Shown piece by piece: positions 28,000-40,920 of a stretch of 64,000 bases of DNA. The position numbers and the translations under genes are program-made. Source of the stretch: the human T2T-CHM13v2.0 reference genome, Homo sapiens; NCBI RefSeq assembly GCF_009914755.1, contig NC_060945.1; one strand, written 5' to 3'. Under the pieces are notes generated by a model. It saw only the letters and a list, made by a program, of their open reading frames with translations. It did not search any database and had not been told where the DNA came from. Each line of letters starts with the position of its first letter. Position 1 is the first letter of the stretch.

Positions 28000-29921
28000 T
28001 GCTAATATATTATGGATGCCAAAAGACTTCTTTCAAGGCATGTTATGTTCAAATATAAATAAAAAATCTTTAAATATACCTTTACCTTTGATATCTTGGG
28101 AAGTTCCTTAGATCAGAAGATGTTTTCTTGAAAGTCAAAGTAATTACACATCTTGCAAATGCTAGATCATGGTTGATGCGTCAGTCTGGATAAAGAAACT
28201 TGCTTGTCTGTTATTACCAAAATAAATAAATAAATAAATAAAAACCTCAGCATCTTCTGTCAGGTTATAAATGTCACCTTGTGATAACATTGCCTGTTCC
28301 TTTGCAGGCACCCTTCTGCATTTATACATTGTTTCACACACAATACAAAATGGCATAGGCCTGATTGGATTATCAGCTCATATAAAATAAAATAATATTT
28401 TTTACTATATATAGTTAATACAATATATTAATAACTAGCACTTCTTTTGTGTTTCTTTTTTCTTTGTCCCTTTAATGTGCTGAAGTGATTAAAAATATTA
28501 TTACAATGTGTCATCAACTTTATAAGAATTACTTATAATCCTAGGCCTCAAATTTTCCTTTTCTGTATGACAATTTCCATGTAAAAATCCCAAATATAAT
28601 TGTAGGACAAACTTCATTAAACAATACAATAAATATTCAGAATGATTCAATAGTCAAATCTCATAACAACACAGAAACTTTACCATACATTTTACCTCTG
28701 ACTTACATAATTCACACTGATAACACCACCAAATGTCATTGGAACAGCTGAACTGGAACACAGAAAATGCTTCCTTTTGTGTAAAAATGCCCTTTTCTCT
28801 TGCACCATTTTAATCCGTTCAGTTCATTAAGTTAGTCAGCAGCCTATAAAAAGAGGTTGGGGTAAGTTATTCCAGAAGGAGGGAGTAATATCAGTTCCCT
28901 GCAATACCACATTCAGTAATTATCAATGGTCATTACTATCTAAAGTAGAACTGACTCAATCAAGTAAATATGGTCATATTGAATACTGATATACAGGGCT
29001 GGAAAACCATGAATGAAATTGCTAATGGGATTTCTCAATCGCTGTCATTGTGCACTAATGTAGAAATCAATAACTGATTTATTTTATCATCTTACCTTTT
29101 ATAATCCTCAGTGTTACCTCACAGAATTCTGTTTAGATAAATCTTATTGTAGACTTAAATAACATATCTAAAATTTGAGTATGATTTTAAATATTCTTTC
29201 TAATTTTCATTTCACATATACAATATAAATTTAACAATTTCTCAAAATCCTTAATAAGAAAATGTTGACACATCATATGTTATAATAAATTATGTAATTA
29301 CTTCTAATATCTCATTTATTCAAATGAAAAGTTTACCCTAAATGTGGTCAATAGAATCATGGTTCTGTGATTATGTGTTTCTGTAAAGGAAAAAAAAAGT
29401 TTTTCTAATTCCATATTTTGAAGAAGTATTCATGGATGCCACAATATAATATTTGAAATTTGATTTGAAATAATCATCGGGGCATTGAAGTGACATAAAG
29501 CACAATTTCAATAAATTGATACTTTCTGAAGGGGTTAAAGAGGTTCACATATAATTTATCTATTTTATAGATATTTTGCCATCACTTCATAATAAAAGCA
29601 AAAACAAACAAAACAAAAATGATGTGGTTAGTTTACCATCCAGTAAAGAAACATTATTTCTCAGCTAATGTCTCAAACTACAAGATATTGACATTAAATA
29701 ATAAAATTTTATACATCTATTTTTCCATTTTATTAGTAGCAAACTTTTTGTTAAAAATCTTTAAAAAGGCAATATAAGCAAGTGCATAAATATATATGCT
29801 CTCCATGTAGCAATTTGTCACTAAAATGTATCTTCCTAGTAGAATATATGTTCAAAATTAAAATACTCTTTTGTTTTCACCTTTTTAACCCTGTTTTGAA
29901 AATGAGTTATGTAAAGGTAAC

Positions 29922-30318
29922 TGGAATGGCTAAACTGTGTCCCCAGCATTTGTATGTTGAAATCCTCACCTCTAGTATATTAGAATGTGACTGTATTTGA
30001 AGATACGGCCTTTAAAGAGGTAATTAAGTTATAATAGGGTCATTAGGGTGGGCGCTAATATAATAAGTCTGGTTTCCATACAAGAGGAGGAGATTAGGAC
30101 ACAGACAGCGAAACATCAGAAGTGCACACACAGATTATCTGATTACACAGTGAAGTCTGCCCTCTGCAAGCCAAGGAGAGAGGTCTCAGGCGAAACCAAA
30201 TTTGTCACCATCTTGATCTTAGACTTTCAGCCTGCAGAACAATGAGAAAATCAATTTCTGTTGTTTAAGCCACACAACCTGGGGTATTTCATTATGACAT
30301 TTAGAGCAAACAAGCACA
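29922..30318 (+). mobile_element. MLT1A/B-like LTR
   Basis: tatgttgaaatcct...agaatgtgactgtatttgaagata...aatttctgttgtttaagccac. Confidence 0.88.
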
Positions 30319-30372
30319 GTAACTTTTCCTAATTTTTTTTTCTCCTTCACATAATCAACTTTTCTATTAATA

Positions 30373-30754
30373 TGTGTAGTTGTCTGCTAGGACTGCCATA
30401 ACAAAATACCTGAGACTAGGTGATGTAAATAACAGAAATTTATTTTTTTACAGTTCTTGAGGCTGGAAGTCAAAGTTAAGGTATCAGCAGGTTTATTTTC
30501 TCCTGAGGTCTCTCTTCTTGAATTGCAGAAGGCATCTGCCAGATGTGTCCTCAGAGGGTCTTTTGTTTGTGTGCGCATCTCTGGTGTCTCTTTCTCTTCC
30601 TATAAAAACACTAGTAATATTGAATCAGGGCCTCACCCTTAGGACCTCATTTAAGTTTAGTTACCTTGTTAAAGGCCATATATCTAAATATAGTCACTTT
30701 AGGTTAGGGCTTCAACTTATGAATTTGGGAGTCAGCACAATTGAATCCACAAAA
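30373..30754 (-). mobile_element. MLT1A-like LTR
   Basis: ctgccataacaaaatac...aacagaaatttatt...cagttcttgaggctggaagtc...gttagggcttcaacttatgaattt. Confidence 0.88.
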
Positions 30755-31879
30755 TATGCATATGAAATGGGTGCTTTATATGTTTATTTGATTATAAACA
30801 TACATTTTTGTATTCAGGAAATGAGAGAGGGTCAAAAATTTGCATAAAATGCCTGATTATTACTATTCCTCCAAAATCTTTTTACTGTATTATGAGTAAC
30901 CATTCTGTAGATAGACTTCATTCTACTGTCATTTCAAAATGCAGTGCCAGCTTTTTTAACTCTCCTCAACATAATATCTGCCTTTTATAAGATTCAAAAC
31001 CATTAATATCATGCCTTTATTATATGATGGATTATTTTGTAGCCCCTCTTTCTGACAGTATCCCCCCCCAACTCACTATGAACATTTTTGTTTTTTAACT
31101 GTAAAAAAAAATCAAGCATGAATTTTATTGAAAAGTGCCTCCCATTTGAGTCTCATGGGCTGTGAAATATAGTTTGGATACAAGGACGAAGATAAATAGT
31201 TTTCATTTTTAGCCTACAGAAAATAATTTGTTCTGCTCTGGGAACTAGTAAATCTAAAAATCACCCTGACATAAATTCTCTCTTCTTTTAATAACGACCA
31301 TTTAAGTGGATGGGTGAATTCCTTTGGACTCCATGTGATTTATCAGAACAAATCTTATTAAAAATGTAATGGTTCAGACAATAATATTAGTCATTCATTT
31401 AGGATTAAACACTGTATCTAGGACAGGCTTTTAAAATGAAAACAAAATGTAAACATCATTCATAAATAATTGCTGAATCTTGAATATTTATTCTCTCAAT
31501 TATTATTATGTATATTTCTTTGTTCTTTAATTTTAAACTGAGAGAATATGTTTAATTACTCTGTGGAAAGGTAGGCCTATAAATTTTTAGTGTTGAAGCC
31601 TTCTTATTATACCCTATAATTGGCTTGTTTAGTTTAAAATTGATGTGAAAATAAGATGCTGCCACGACAGGTGTGTATTAAAAGTGAAATGACTGGTATC
31701 CTTGCATTATTAACATTAACTATACTGATCTAATCATATTACTAATTCTTACACATATTTTTACTTATTTATTTTACAACAATATGTTCAAATCATAAAG
31801 ACATAGTTAATATGACTATATTTAGGAAAATACACTAATATAACTTTTAATCATAAAGTTTTGAGTTTTTAATGACTTT

Positions 31880-32760
31880 AGTTAATGCTTCCATCATCTC
31901 TCAATTTGACCACTGCAAAACTTTATGAGATCCACATATATATGTCAGTAATCAACTTTGCCGCCAGAACATATTTTTAAATAAATATCTGATTATGTTG
32001 CTGTCTAATATAAAACTAGTTTTTACTTTTCGTAAAACAATAAAAATGAACTTCATCTGCCTACCCTTCATCAGGCATTCCCTCTGCCTTTCTACACTTC
32101 TCTTTAACCTGCCATTTTAAGTTACTCCCATTAACCTCAGTGTCTTTGCACAGCTGATTACTAACAGAACATCTACATGTACTTTTTCCATTCGTATCTT
32201 AATATTTTCATTCCAGATATAATCTGTACAGATTGTATATTGTAATATAAATGTCAATTATTCAGAGACATTTTGAGACATTTTATTTCTTTCCCCCAAA
32301 CTTCCAGGAACCTCATAGTTCTCTCTTCCTTTATAATATTATATTCAAATAAATGTTTAATGTCTATATCTTCCCTAGCTTTTAATTTCTATGAACATAA
32401 GGAGTAAGTCTTTTTGTTCACATTATATTCCACATACATAAAAATTCTAAAAATGGGAGGTCAAGGCAGGTGGATCGTTTGAGCTCAGGAGTCTCAGACC
32501 AGCCTGGGCAATGTAATAAAACCCCATCTCTGCAAAAGTACAAAAGAAATTAGCCAGGCATGTTGGCATGCACCTGTAGTCCCAGCTACTTGAGAAGCTG
32601 AGGTGGGAGGATCACCCAAGCCTGGGAGCTCAAGACTGAGGTGAGCCGAGCCATAATCATGCCACTGCACTCCAGCACAGGTGACAGACTAAGACCTTGT
32701 CTAAAAAAAAAATCTTAAAATATTAGTTACTCAGTGAATGTTTATTAAACAAATGAATAA
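31880..32760 (+). mobile_element. Decayed L2 3' region, interrupted by an Alu
   Basis: ccatcatctctc..., ctttgcacagctg, tttttgttcac and ctcagtgaatgttta...aatgaataa. Confidence 0.5.
32454..32712 (+). mobile_element. 5'-truncated AluJ
   Basis: ttgagctcaggag...cagcctgggcaa...gctgaggtgggaggatcac. Confidence 0.9.
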
Positions 32761-33042
32761 AAGCAAGAGAAGAGGATACTTTGGAAACAGCAGACTAAGT
32801 GTTTCCAAGATCGGCTCCTCCATAAAAATAATGTAATGAGAACATTAGCAAAACATTGAAAACAAATTTAAAACAAACTGTTTTCAAGACTCTAAAATTA
32901 ACTAAAAATTTGCAAAATTTCAGGAGCACTTATTCAAGAAAAATAGTGAATGTCAATGAGAACAGTGAGCTTTTTGGTAGCTTACATTGCCTCATTTCCA
33001 TCCCACTCCTCATAGCGGTACCCTCAAAAGTCAATAACCTCA

Positions 33043-33337
33043 GACTGGCATGGAGGCTCACACCTGTAATCCCAGCACTTTGGGAGTCAGAGGCGGGAGA
33101 ATCACAAGGTGAGGAGATGGAGACAATCTTGGCTAACATGGTGAAACCCTGTCTCTATTAAAAATACAAAAATTAGCTGGGTGTGCTGGCGCACACCTGT
33201 AATCTCAGCTACTTGGGCTGCAACAGGAGAATCAATTGAACCTGGGATGCAGAGGTTGCAGTGAGCCGAGATCATGCCTCTGCAATCCAGCCTGGCCACA
33301 GAGTGAGACCCCACATCAAAAATAATAATAATAATAA
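33043..33337 (+). mobile_element. Alu, AluSc-like
   Basis: Full dimer with (aat)n tail. TSD-like aataacctca/aataattccctca. Confidence 0.9.
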
Positions 33338-33493
33338 TTCCCTCACAACCAATGTACTTGTAAAAACCACCACTGTAGTACCACTTAGAGGGGTCCAACA
33401 AGTTTGGAGCTCCTAAAAGCCCCATGTCCAGAAAATTCTCTTTATCTGACTAGACTCACAGTCCTATCAATACAAATAGCCATAAACCCAGGC

Positions 33494-35780
33494 TGATATG
33501 GTTTGGCTCTGTGTCCCCACCCAAATTTCATCTTGAATTGTAATAATCCCCATGTGACTAGGGCAGGACCAGGTTGAGATAATTGAATCATTGGGGCAGT
33601 TTCCCCCATGCTGATCTCATGATAGTGAATGAGTTCCCATGAGATCTGATGGTTTTATAAGGGGCTAGCCCCATCATTCAGCACTCATTCTCTCTCCTGC
33701 TGCCCTGTCAAGAGGCACCTTCTGCCGTGATTATAAGTTTCCTGAGACCTTCCCAGCCATACAGAACTGTGAGTCAATTAAACCTCATTTCTTTATAAAT
33801 TACCCAGTCTTGGGCAATTCTTTATAGCAGTGTGAGCACAGATTAATACAGTAAATTGTACCAAGGGAGTGGGGCACTGCTATAAGGATATCTGAAAATC
33901 AGGAAGCAACTTTGCAACTACAAAATGGGCAGAGGTTGGAACAGGTTGGACGGCTCAGAAGAAGATAAAAAAAAGTGGGAAGATTTGGAACTTCATAGAG
34001 ACTTGGAGGGCTCCAAAGACAGGAAGATATAGAAAAGTTTGGTACTTCCTAGAGACTTATTGAGTGGCTTTCACTAAAATGCTGATAATGATATGGACAA
34101 TGAAGTCTAGGCTGAGGTGGTCTTACATGGAGATGAGGAACTTGTTGGGAACTAGAGTAAAAGTCACTTTTGCTATGCTTAAGCAAAGTGACTCATGGCT
34201 TTTTGCCCCTGCCCTTGAGATCTATGGAACTCTGAACTTGAGAGAGAGATGATTTAGGGTATCTGGGAGAAGAAATTTCGAAGCAGCAAAGCATTCAAGA
34301 GGTGACAGAGCATAAAAGTTTGGAAAATTTGTACCTTGACAATGTGGTAGAAAAGAAAATCTCATTTTCTGGGGAGAAATTCAAGCTAACTACAGAAATT
34401 TCATAAGTAATGAGGAGCAAAATGCCCATTGCCAAAACAATGGGGAAAATGTCCCAGGGCATGTCAGAGACCTCCGTGGTAGTGCCTCCCATCACAGGCC
34501 AAGAGGCCCAGGAGGGAAAAATGGTTTCCTGGGCAAGGTCCAGAGCCCCCTGCTGTGTGCAGCCACAGGACTTGGTGCCCTGTGTCCCAGCCACTTCAGC
34601 ATGGCTAAAAGGGGCCAAGGTACAGCTCAGCCCATTGCTTCCGAGGGTGCAAGCCCCAAACCTTGTCAGCGTCCATGTGGTATTGATCCTGGGGGTGCAC
34701 AGAAGTCAAGAATTGAGGCTTAGGAATCTCCTCCTAGATTTCAGAGGATGTATGGAAACACCTGGATGTCCAGGCAGAAGTTTACTGCAGGATAGGGCTC
34801 TCATAGATAACCTCTGCTAGGGCAATGTGGAAGGGAAGTGTGGGGTTGGAGTCCCACTATAAAGTCTTCACTGGGACACTGCCTAGTGGAGTTGTGAGAG
34901 GAGGGTCACAGTCCTCCAGACCCAGAATGGTAGATAAACTGACCCCTTGCACTGTGTGCCTAGAAAAGCCACAGATACTCAATGACAGCCTGTGAAATCA
35001 GCCTGGAGTGGTGCTATATACTGTAAAGCCACAGAGACAGAGCTCTCCAAGGCCATGGGAGCCTATCTCTTGCATCGGTGCAGCCTGGATGTGAGATATA
35101 GAGCCAACGGAGACCATTTTGAAGCTTTAAGATTTGGCTGCCCTACTGGATTTTGGACTTGCATGGAGTCTGTAGCCCTTTTGTTTTGTCCAATTTCTCC
35201 CATTTGAAATGGGTGTATTTACTCAATGTCTGTACCACCATTGTATCTAGCAAGTAACTAACTTGCTTTTGATTTTACAGGCTTATAGGCAGAAGGGACT
35301 TGCCTTGTCTCAGATGAGACTTTGAACTCGGACTTTTGGGTTAATGCTGCAATGATTAATACTTTGGGGAACTGTTAGAAGCACATGATTGTGTTTTGAA
35401 ATGTGAGGACATGAGATTTGGGAAGGGCCAGGTGCAGAATAGCATGGTTGGGCTCTGTGAGAAGAGGGTCACAGTCCTCCAGAACCCAAATCTCACATTG
35501 AATTGTAATAATCCCCATGGTCAAGGTGGGATCAGGTGAAGATAATTGAATAATTGGGGTATTTTCCCCCATGCTGTTCTTATCATGATAGTGAGTGAAT
35601 TTCCATGAGATCTGATGGTTTTATAAGTGGCTTTCCCCTTCACTTGGCACTCATTCTCTGATTTTAGGTTTCCTGAGGCTTCCCCAGCCATGAAGAACTT
35701 TGAGTCAATCAAATCTCTTTTCTTTATAAATTACCAAGTCTTGGGTATTTCCTCATAGCAGATTGAGAACAGACTAAAAG
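33494..35780 (+). mobile_element. Full-length THE1D/MSTA-like MaLR (5' LTR 33494-33850, internal 33851-35439, 3' LTR 35440-35780)
   Basis: tgatatggtttggctctgtgtcccc...gattaataca, internal region, second LTR. Perfect TSD caggc (33489-33493 and 35781-35785). Confidence 0.93.
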
Positions 35781-36949
35781 CAGGCTTTTGTCAAAAATAA
35801 TTAAGTAGCAATTGTTTAAATTTGAAGCTTCCTGAGGCACCAACACATGCAATACAAGCTAAAGGTTAATCAAATGACTAAAAGCACAGTGTGGACAATA
35901 AGATGTCCATAGAGGGCTTTAAAAAGTTCTGACATATTTCAGGGAATCTAGAAGTTCACACCCATTTGTAGGGCTGTGCCAATCCAAGAGAAGACCAAAG
36001 GAGTGCTAAATATCTGACTTCTGGCTAACTAACATTTATGTCTGCGTAAGTAAGAACTGAGGGCTAAAACAAAGACAAACACTGACATAGAGTTGAAGGT
36101 ATGCCTTAACACACACACACAGAGTACCCTGGCAAAATCTGGTGGATTTACTGGTTCAAGACATTTGAGAAAACCTCTGCTCACTCATTACCTAACCACT
36201 AAGTTAATCAAGAAAAGACTTCAGTGGCCACACACAACAAAGCATACAGAGTTTATGGTCCAGGAAAAATCACCAAACAAACAGCAGCAGAAACAACACG
36301 TAGCAACAAATCCTAGGGGGGAAAATGGTAATCTGCTTCCCATATAAGCACAAATATTTTATAGATGTTCAGCTTTCAACAAAAGCTATAAGACATGTAA
36401 AAAAGAAAAAAAAATATGAAAGTAATGCCCACATGCAGGAAATAAACTAAAGAAAAATATTTAATAGAAACTGTTCCCTTGGGCTTGGACAAAAATAATG
36501 AATAAAATCAAAAAGAAAAAAAACAAAAATTGTTTTCAATGAAACCCAGACATTGGAATTACTAGAAAATGTTTTTAAGTCAGCTATCATAACTATATTG
36601 ACAGAATAAAGAAAAACCATACCCAAAAAATTAAAATATAAAAACAATATCTCACTAAAAAGAAAATACTTAGACATAAAAATTGTAAATGCACACAAAA
36701 CTGAAATTCTGGCATGGAAACATACAATAACTAAAATTTAAAAATTCACTATAGTGGAATAACAAAATACTACACATGGCAAAAGAAAGAATCAGTGAGC
36801 TTAAAGATAGGTCAATTGAGATTATTCATTCTGAAAAATAGAAAAAATGAATGAATAAAAATAACCAGAGATTTATAGACCTATGAGACACCATTAAGCA
36901 TGCCAACATAAGCATAAAGGGAGTTCCAGAAGGAGAAGAAATACAGAAT

Positions 36950-37418
36950 ATGTAGTTTTTCATGGCTATTATTTATACAGACTTGGTGGCTTAAAAACAA
37001 CAGAAATTTGTTCTCTCCCACTTTTAAAGATCAAAGGTCTGAAATAATTTCACTAAAGTGAAATCAATATGTCAGCAGGAAAACACTCCCTGTGGAGGCT
37101 CCAGAAGATAATCAATTCCTCCCTCTTGCTGCTTCTCGTGGTTTCTGGCATTCTTTGAGTTCTAACTACATCACTTTAATCTCTGCCTCCATTATTCTAT
37201 TTCTTCCTCCTCTTCTGGTTCTATCAACTCTCCCTCTGCCTCTCTCTTATAAGGATACTCGTCCTTGCATTTAATACCCACCTGTATAATCTAGGATAAC
37301 ATTCCATATCAAGGTCCTTAATTGTATCCACAAGTGCTCTCTTTTCCTTACAAGATAACATTTAAAAGTTTCAGGGAGGATGACCTAATTTTGGGTGTAT
37401 GTTATTCAGCCAACTACA
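36950..37418 (-). mobile_element. MLT1C/D-like LTR inside L1 ORF1
   Basis: cttggtggcttaaaaacaacagaaatttgttctctc...ggaggctccagaaga...ctcttataaggatac...ttattcagccaactaca. Confidence 0.82.
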
Positions 37419-40035
37419 CAGCGAAAGAGGAAGAATGAACATTTGAAGAAATATTGATTGAAAACTTTCTAATCTTGATGAAAATGTTAATTTATAAGTA
37501 CACGAAGCTTAAGAAATTTTAAGTAGTATAAACTTAAAGATATATAACACCTATTCTCCACTTATTAAACAAATGAAAGCCAAAAAACAGAGAATCTTCA
37601 AAGTATTAAGAGGGTAGTGACTTATCATATACAATTGTCCCTTGACAATATTAATAGCAGACCTTGCAAAAGAAATCAAGAAGGCCAGAACATTATATTC
37701 AAAGTGATAAAAAAAAAGACTGCCAATCAAGAGTTCTATATGAAACAAATAACCCTTCACAAGTGAATAGATAATAAAAAACAGAGGATCTATCATTAGC
37801 ACACCTGACCTACAGGGGATACTAAAAGAAGTCATTAAGTATGAAATAAAAGGTACTAGAGAGCAACTCAAATTTGTACAAAAAACAGTAAGAACTGATA
37901 AAGATATCATTTTTATGGGGTTGTAATGTATACAAATGAAATTTTCTTGATAATTAATCACAAAGGAGAGGGTGATAATGATGTTATACTGGAATACAGT
38001 TTAGTACACTATTAAAATTAAGTTGATATTTATCCAAGCTAAATTGCTTTAAATTAAGATGTTAATCCCCAGGATCACATCTAAGAAAATTACTAAAACA
38101 AATATAGTAAACGACATCCTAATAAAATTTAAGAGATACCTTAGAAAATAACTATTTAATCCAAAGAAGATAATGATAGAGAAATACAGGAATATAAAAT
38201 ACCTCAGTCATGTAAGAATCTAATAGCAAAATGTCAGGCATAAATTCTACATTATTGGTAATTACGTTACATGTAAACAAAGTGAATGTACCTATTGTCT
38301 GCAAGATTTAGAGACACAATAAGTAGAAAGTACTTATGTACTTTCTAATGGAAAAAAAACATGTCATATAACCAGTAATCAGAAGAGTGATTGATTAGTT
38401 ATAACAATGAGAAAAAGACTTTCAGACAAAAATTGTTCTTAGAGAAAAAATTGGACATTTTTTACTGATAAAAGTGTAAAACTATTAGAAGAATGTAACA
38501 ATTATAAATATATATGCACCTAACAACAATGTTCTAAATTACATTTAAAAACTACAGAATTAATGAGAGAAATATACAATCTCAACCATAATATTTAGAC
38601 TTAAATATTCTACTATTGACAATACATAGAACAAGGAGACAAAAAATCAACACAAATTGGAGGCTCGAATGACACACAAAAAATCAACCAATTCTAACCA
38701 ATATCTATGGAATGTACTGTGCAACAACAGCAGAATACACATTTTTTCCATTGTCCATAAAATATTTTCTTGGAGAGACTATATGTTCAGATATAAAATA
38801 AACCTCAAAATATTTGAATGGCTTAAATCATACAAAATATATTATCGACACGTAATAGAATAAAATTAACAATTAATAACAAAAGTACATTTGGAAAATT
38901 TAACAAATAGTGTGGTGCTCTCCTAAATAACCAATTTAAAAAAGAAAAAAATCACAAGGGAGATTATCAGATGAATAAATACAAAATCACAATATACCAA
39001 AAGTGAAGGCATGCAGCTATAGGAGTACCAATGGAAAAATATATAGCTGTAAATAACCATATTAAATGAAAAAAGAAAAGATCTCAAATCAATAACCTGA
39101 ATTACCACCTTAATAAACTAGAAAAAGCACAAAAAATGTAACCCAAAGTAGGCAGAAGAAGAAAATAATAAAGCTTACAGTGGAAGTAGATTATTAATAA
39201 AGGATAGGAGAAATTAGCAATTATCAAAAGTTTTTTTCCTGAAAAAGTCAACCAGGATGACAAGACTTTATCTGGACTGATCAGATAAAGAGCATGATGG
39301 AGAAAGTATGCAAAACATTTAAATAAGCAATAAGAAAATTATAAGAAAATACTATAAAAAACTATATCCCATTAAAGTAGACAAATTCCTAAGAAAACAT
39401 AAGCTATCAAAAGTCATTTAAGAAGGAATAGAAAATTCAAATAAATATGCAATAAGTAAGGATACTGAATTAGTAATCAATTTTCAACCAATGGAATCCC
39501 ATGCCTAGCCAGCTTCAAAGATGAATTCCATCGAACTTTTAAACATAAATAAACATCAGTTCTCCACAAACTTAACTGAATATAGAAGAGAATTGACTAC
39601 TTTGTAACTCATTTTATGAGGCCAAAATTACTCTGTTGCCTAAACCAGACAGGCTTCACAAGAAATGAAAATTACACAACACATTTATGGATACACACTC
39701 CCAAATTATCAAGAAAAAACTAGCAAATCAAACTCGGCAATATATGAAAAGAATCGTGCCCTGTGACCACAAATTATACTAAGAATGCAATGTTAATTTA
39801 ACATTTAAAAATCAATGAGTGTAATACCTTATGTTAATAGAATAAAGGAGAAAAATCATATGATCATCTCTGTATTTAAAAACAATATTGGACAAAAACC
39901 AACAATATTTGCACAGTATTTATTAGAAATGACAAATGAGTTCAATAAGGCTGTAGCCACATGATCTATATACAAAAATAAATTGCTTTACTATATTCTA
40001 GCAATTAACAATCCAAAATAAAATTAAGAATACAA

Positions 40036-40124
40036 TTTCATTTCTGTGAAAAATGTCATTAGAATTTTGAAAGGAATTGCATTGACTCTGCAGATCACTG
40101 TGGGTATTTTGGACGTTTTACAGT
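40036..40124 (-). mobile_element. Inverted internal L1 ORF2 fragment inside the plus-strand L1
   Basis: Reverse complement gtccaaaatacccacagtgatctgcagagtcaatgcaattcctttcaaaattctaatgacatttttcacagaaat matches L1 ORF2 ([22 protein letters not shown] region). Confidence 0.8.
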
Positions 40125-40370
40125 TGAAAAAAAATAAAACACTTGGGAGTAAATTTTACAAGTCTTGTGGGTGTAAGACTTGTAAACTGAGAACCACAAA
40201 ATATTACTGAAAATATTAAAGCAGACTTAAATATATGAAAAGTAATCCGTGTTTATGTATCAGAAAAAAATTTGTTAAAATGGCAGTAGTTCCCAAATTA
40301 ATATGCCAAAATTCTTACCAAAATTCCAGTATCTTTTTTTGTTGTTGTTGCATAAATGTGTGTGTGTGTT

Positions 40371-40920
40371 TGTATTAGTCAGGGTTCTCTAGAGGGACAG
40401 AATAGGAAATATGTATATGTGAAAGGGATTTTATTAAGGAGAATTGACTCACATGATCACAAGGTGAAGTCCCACTACAGGCTGTCTGCAAGTTGAAGAG
40501 CAAGGAAGCCAGTAGCGGCTCAGTCCAAGTCCCAAAACCTCAAAAGTAGGAAAATGGTCAGTGCAGCCTTCAGTCTGTGGCCAAAGGCCCAAGAGCCCCT
40601 TGCAAACCGCTGGTGTAAGTTCAAAGAGTGCAAAGGACAAAGAACCTGGGGTCTGATGTTTAAAGGCAGGAAGCATCCAGCACAGGAGAAACACAAAAGC
40701 AGGAAGACCCCCCACTCTGCTTCTTCCACCTTCTGCCTGCTTTTTCTAGCCAGCTGGTGGCCTATTGGATGGTGCCCACCCACATTGTGAATGCGTCTTT
40801 CTGAGTGTGGGTTTTCCTCTCCGAGTCCACTGACTCAAATGTTAATCCCTTCTGGCAACACCCAGAAACAATATTTTGCATCCTTCAATCCAAACAAGTT
40901 AACACTTAATATTAATTACA
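40371..40920 (-). mobile_element. MLT2A2-like (HERV-L) solo LTR
   Basis: tgtattagtcagggttctctagagggacagaa...gactcacatgatcacaaggtgaagtccc...ccactgactcaaatgttaatc. Confidence 0.9.

Noticed and set aside
28840-28965. TATA-like ctataaaaag and a tgactca site
   Set aside because: Short motifs are expected by chance in AT-rich DNA, and there is no CpG island or downstream exon evidence.
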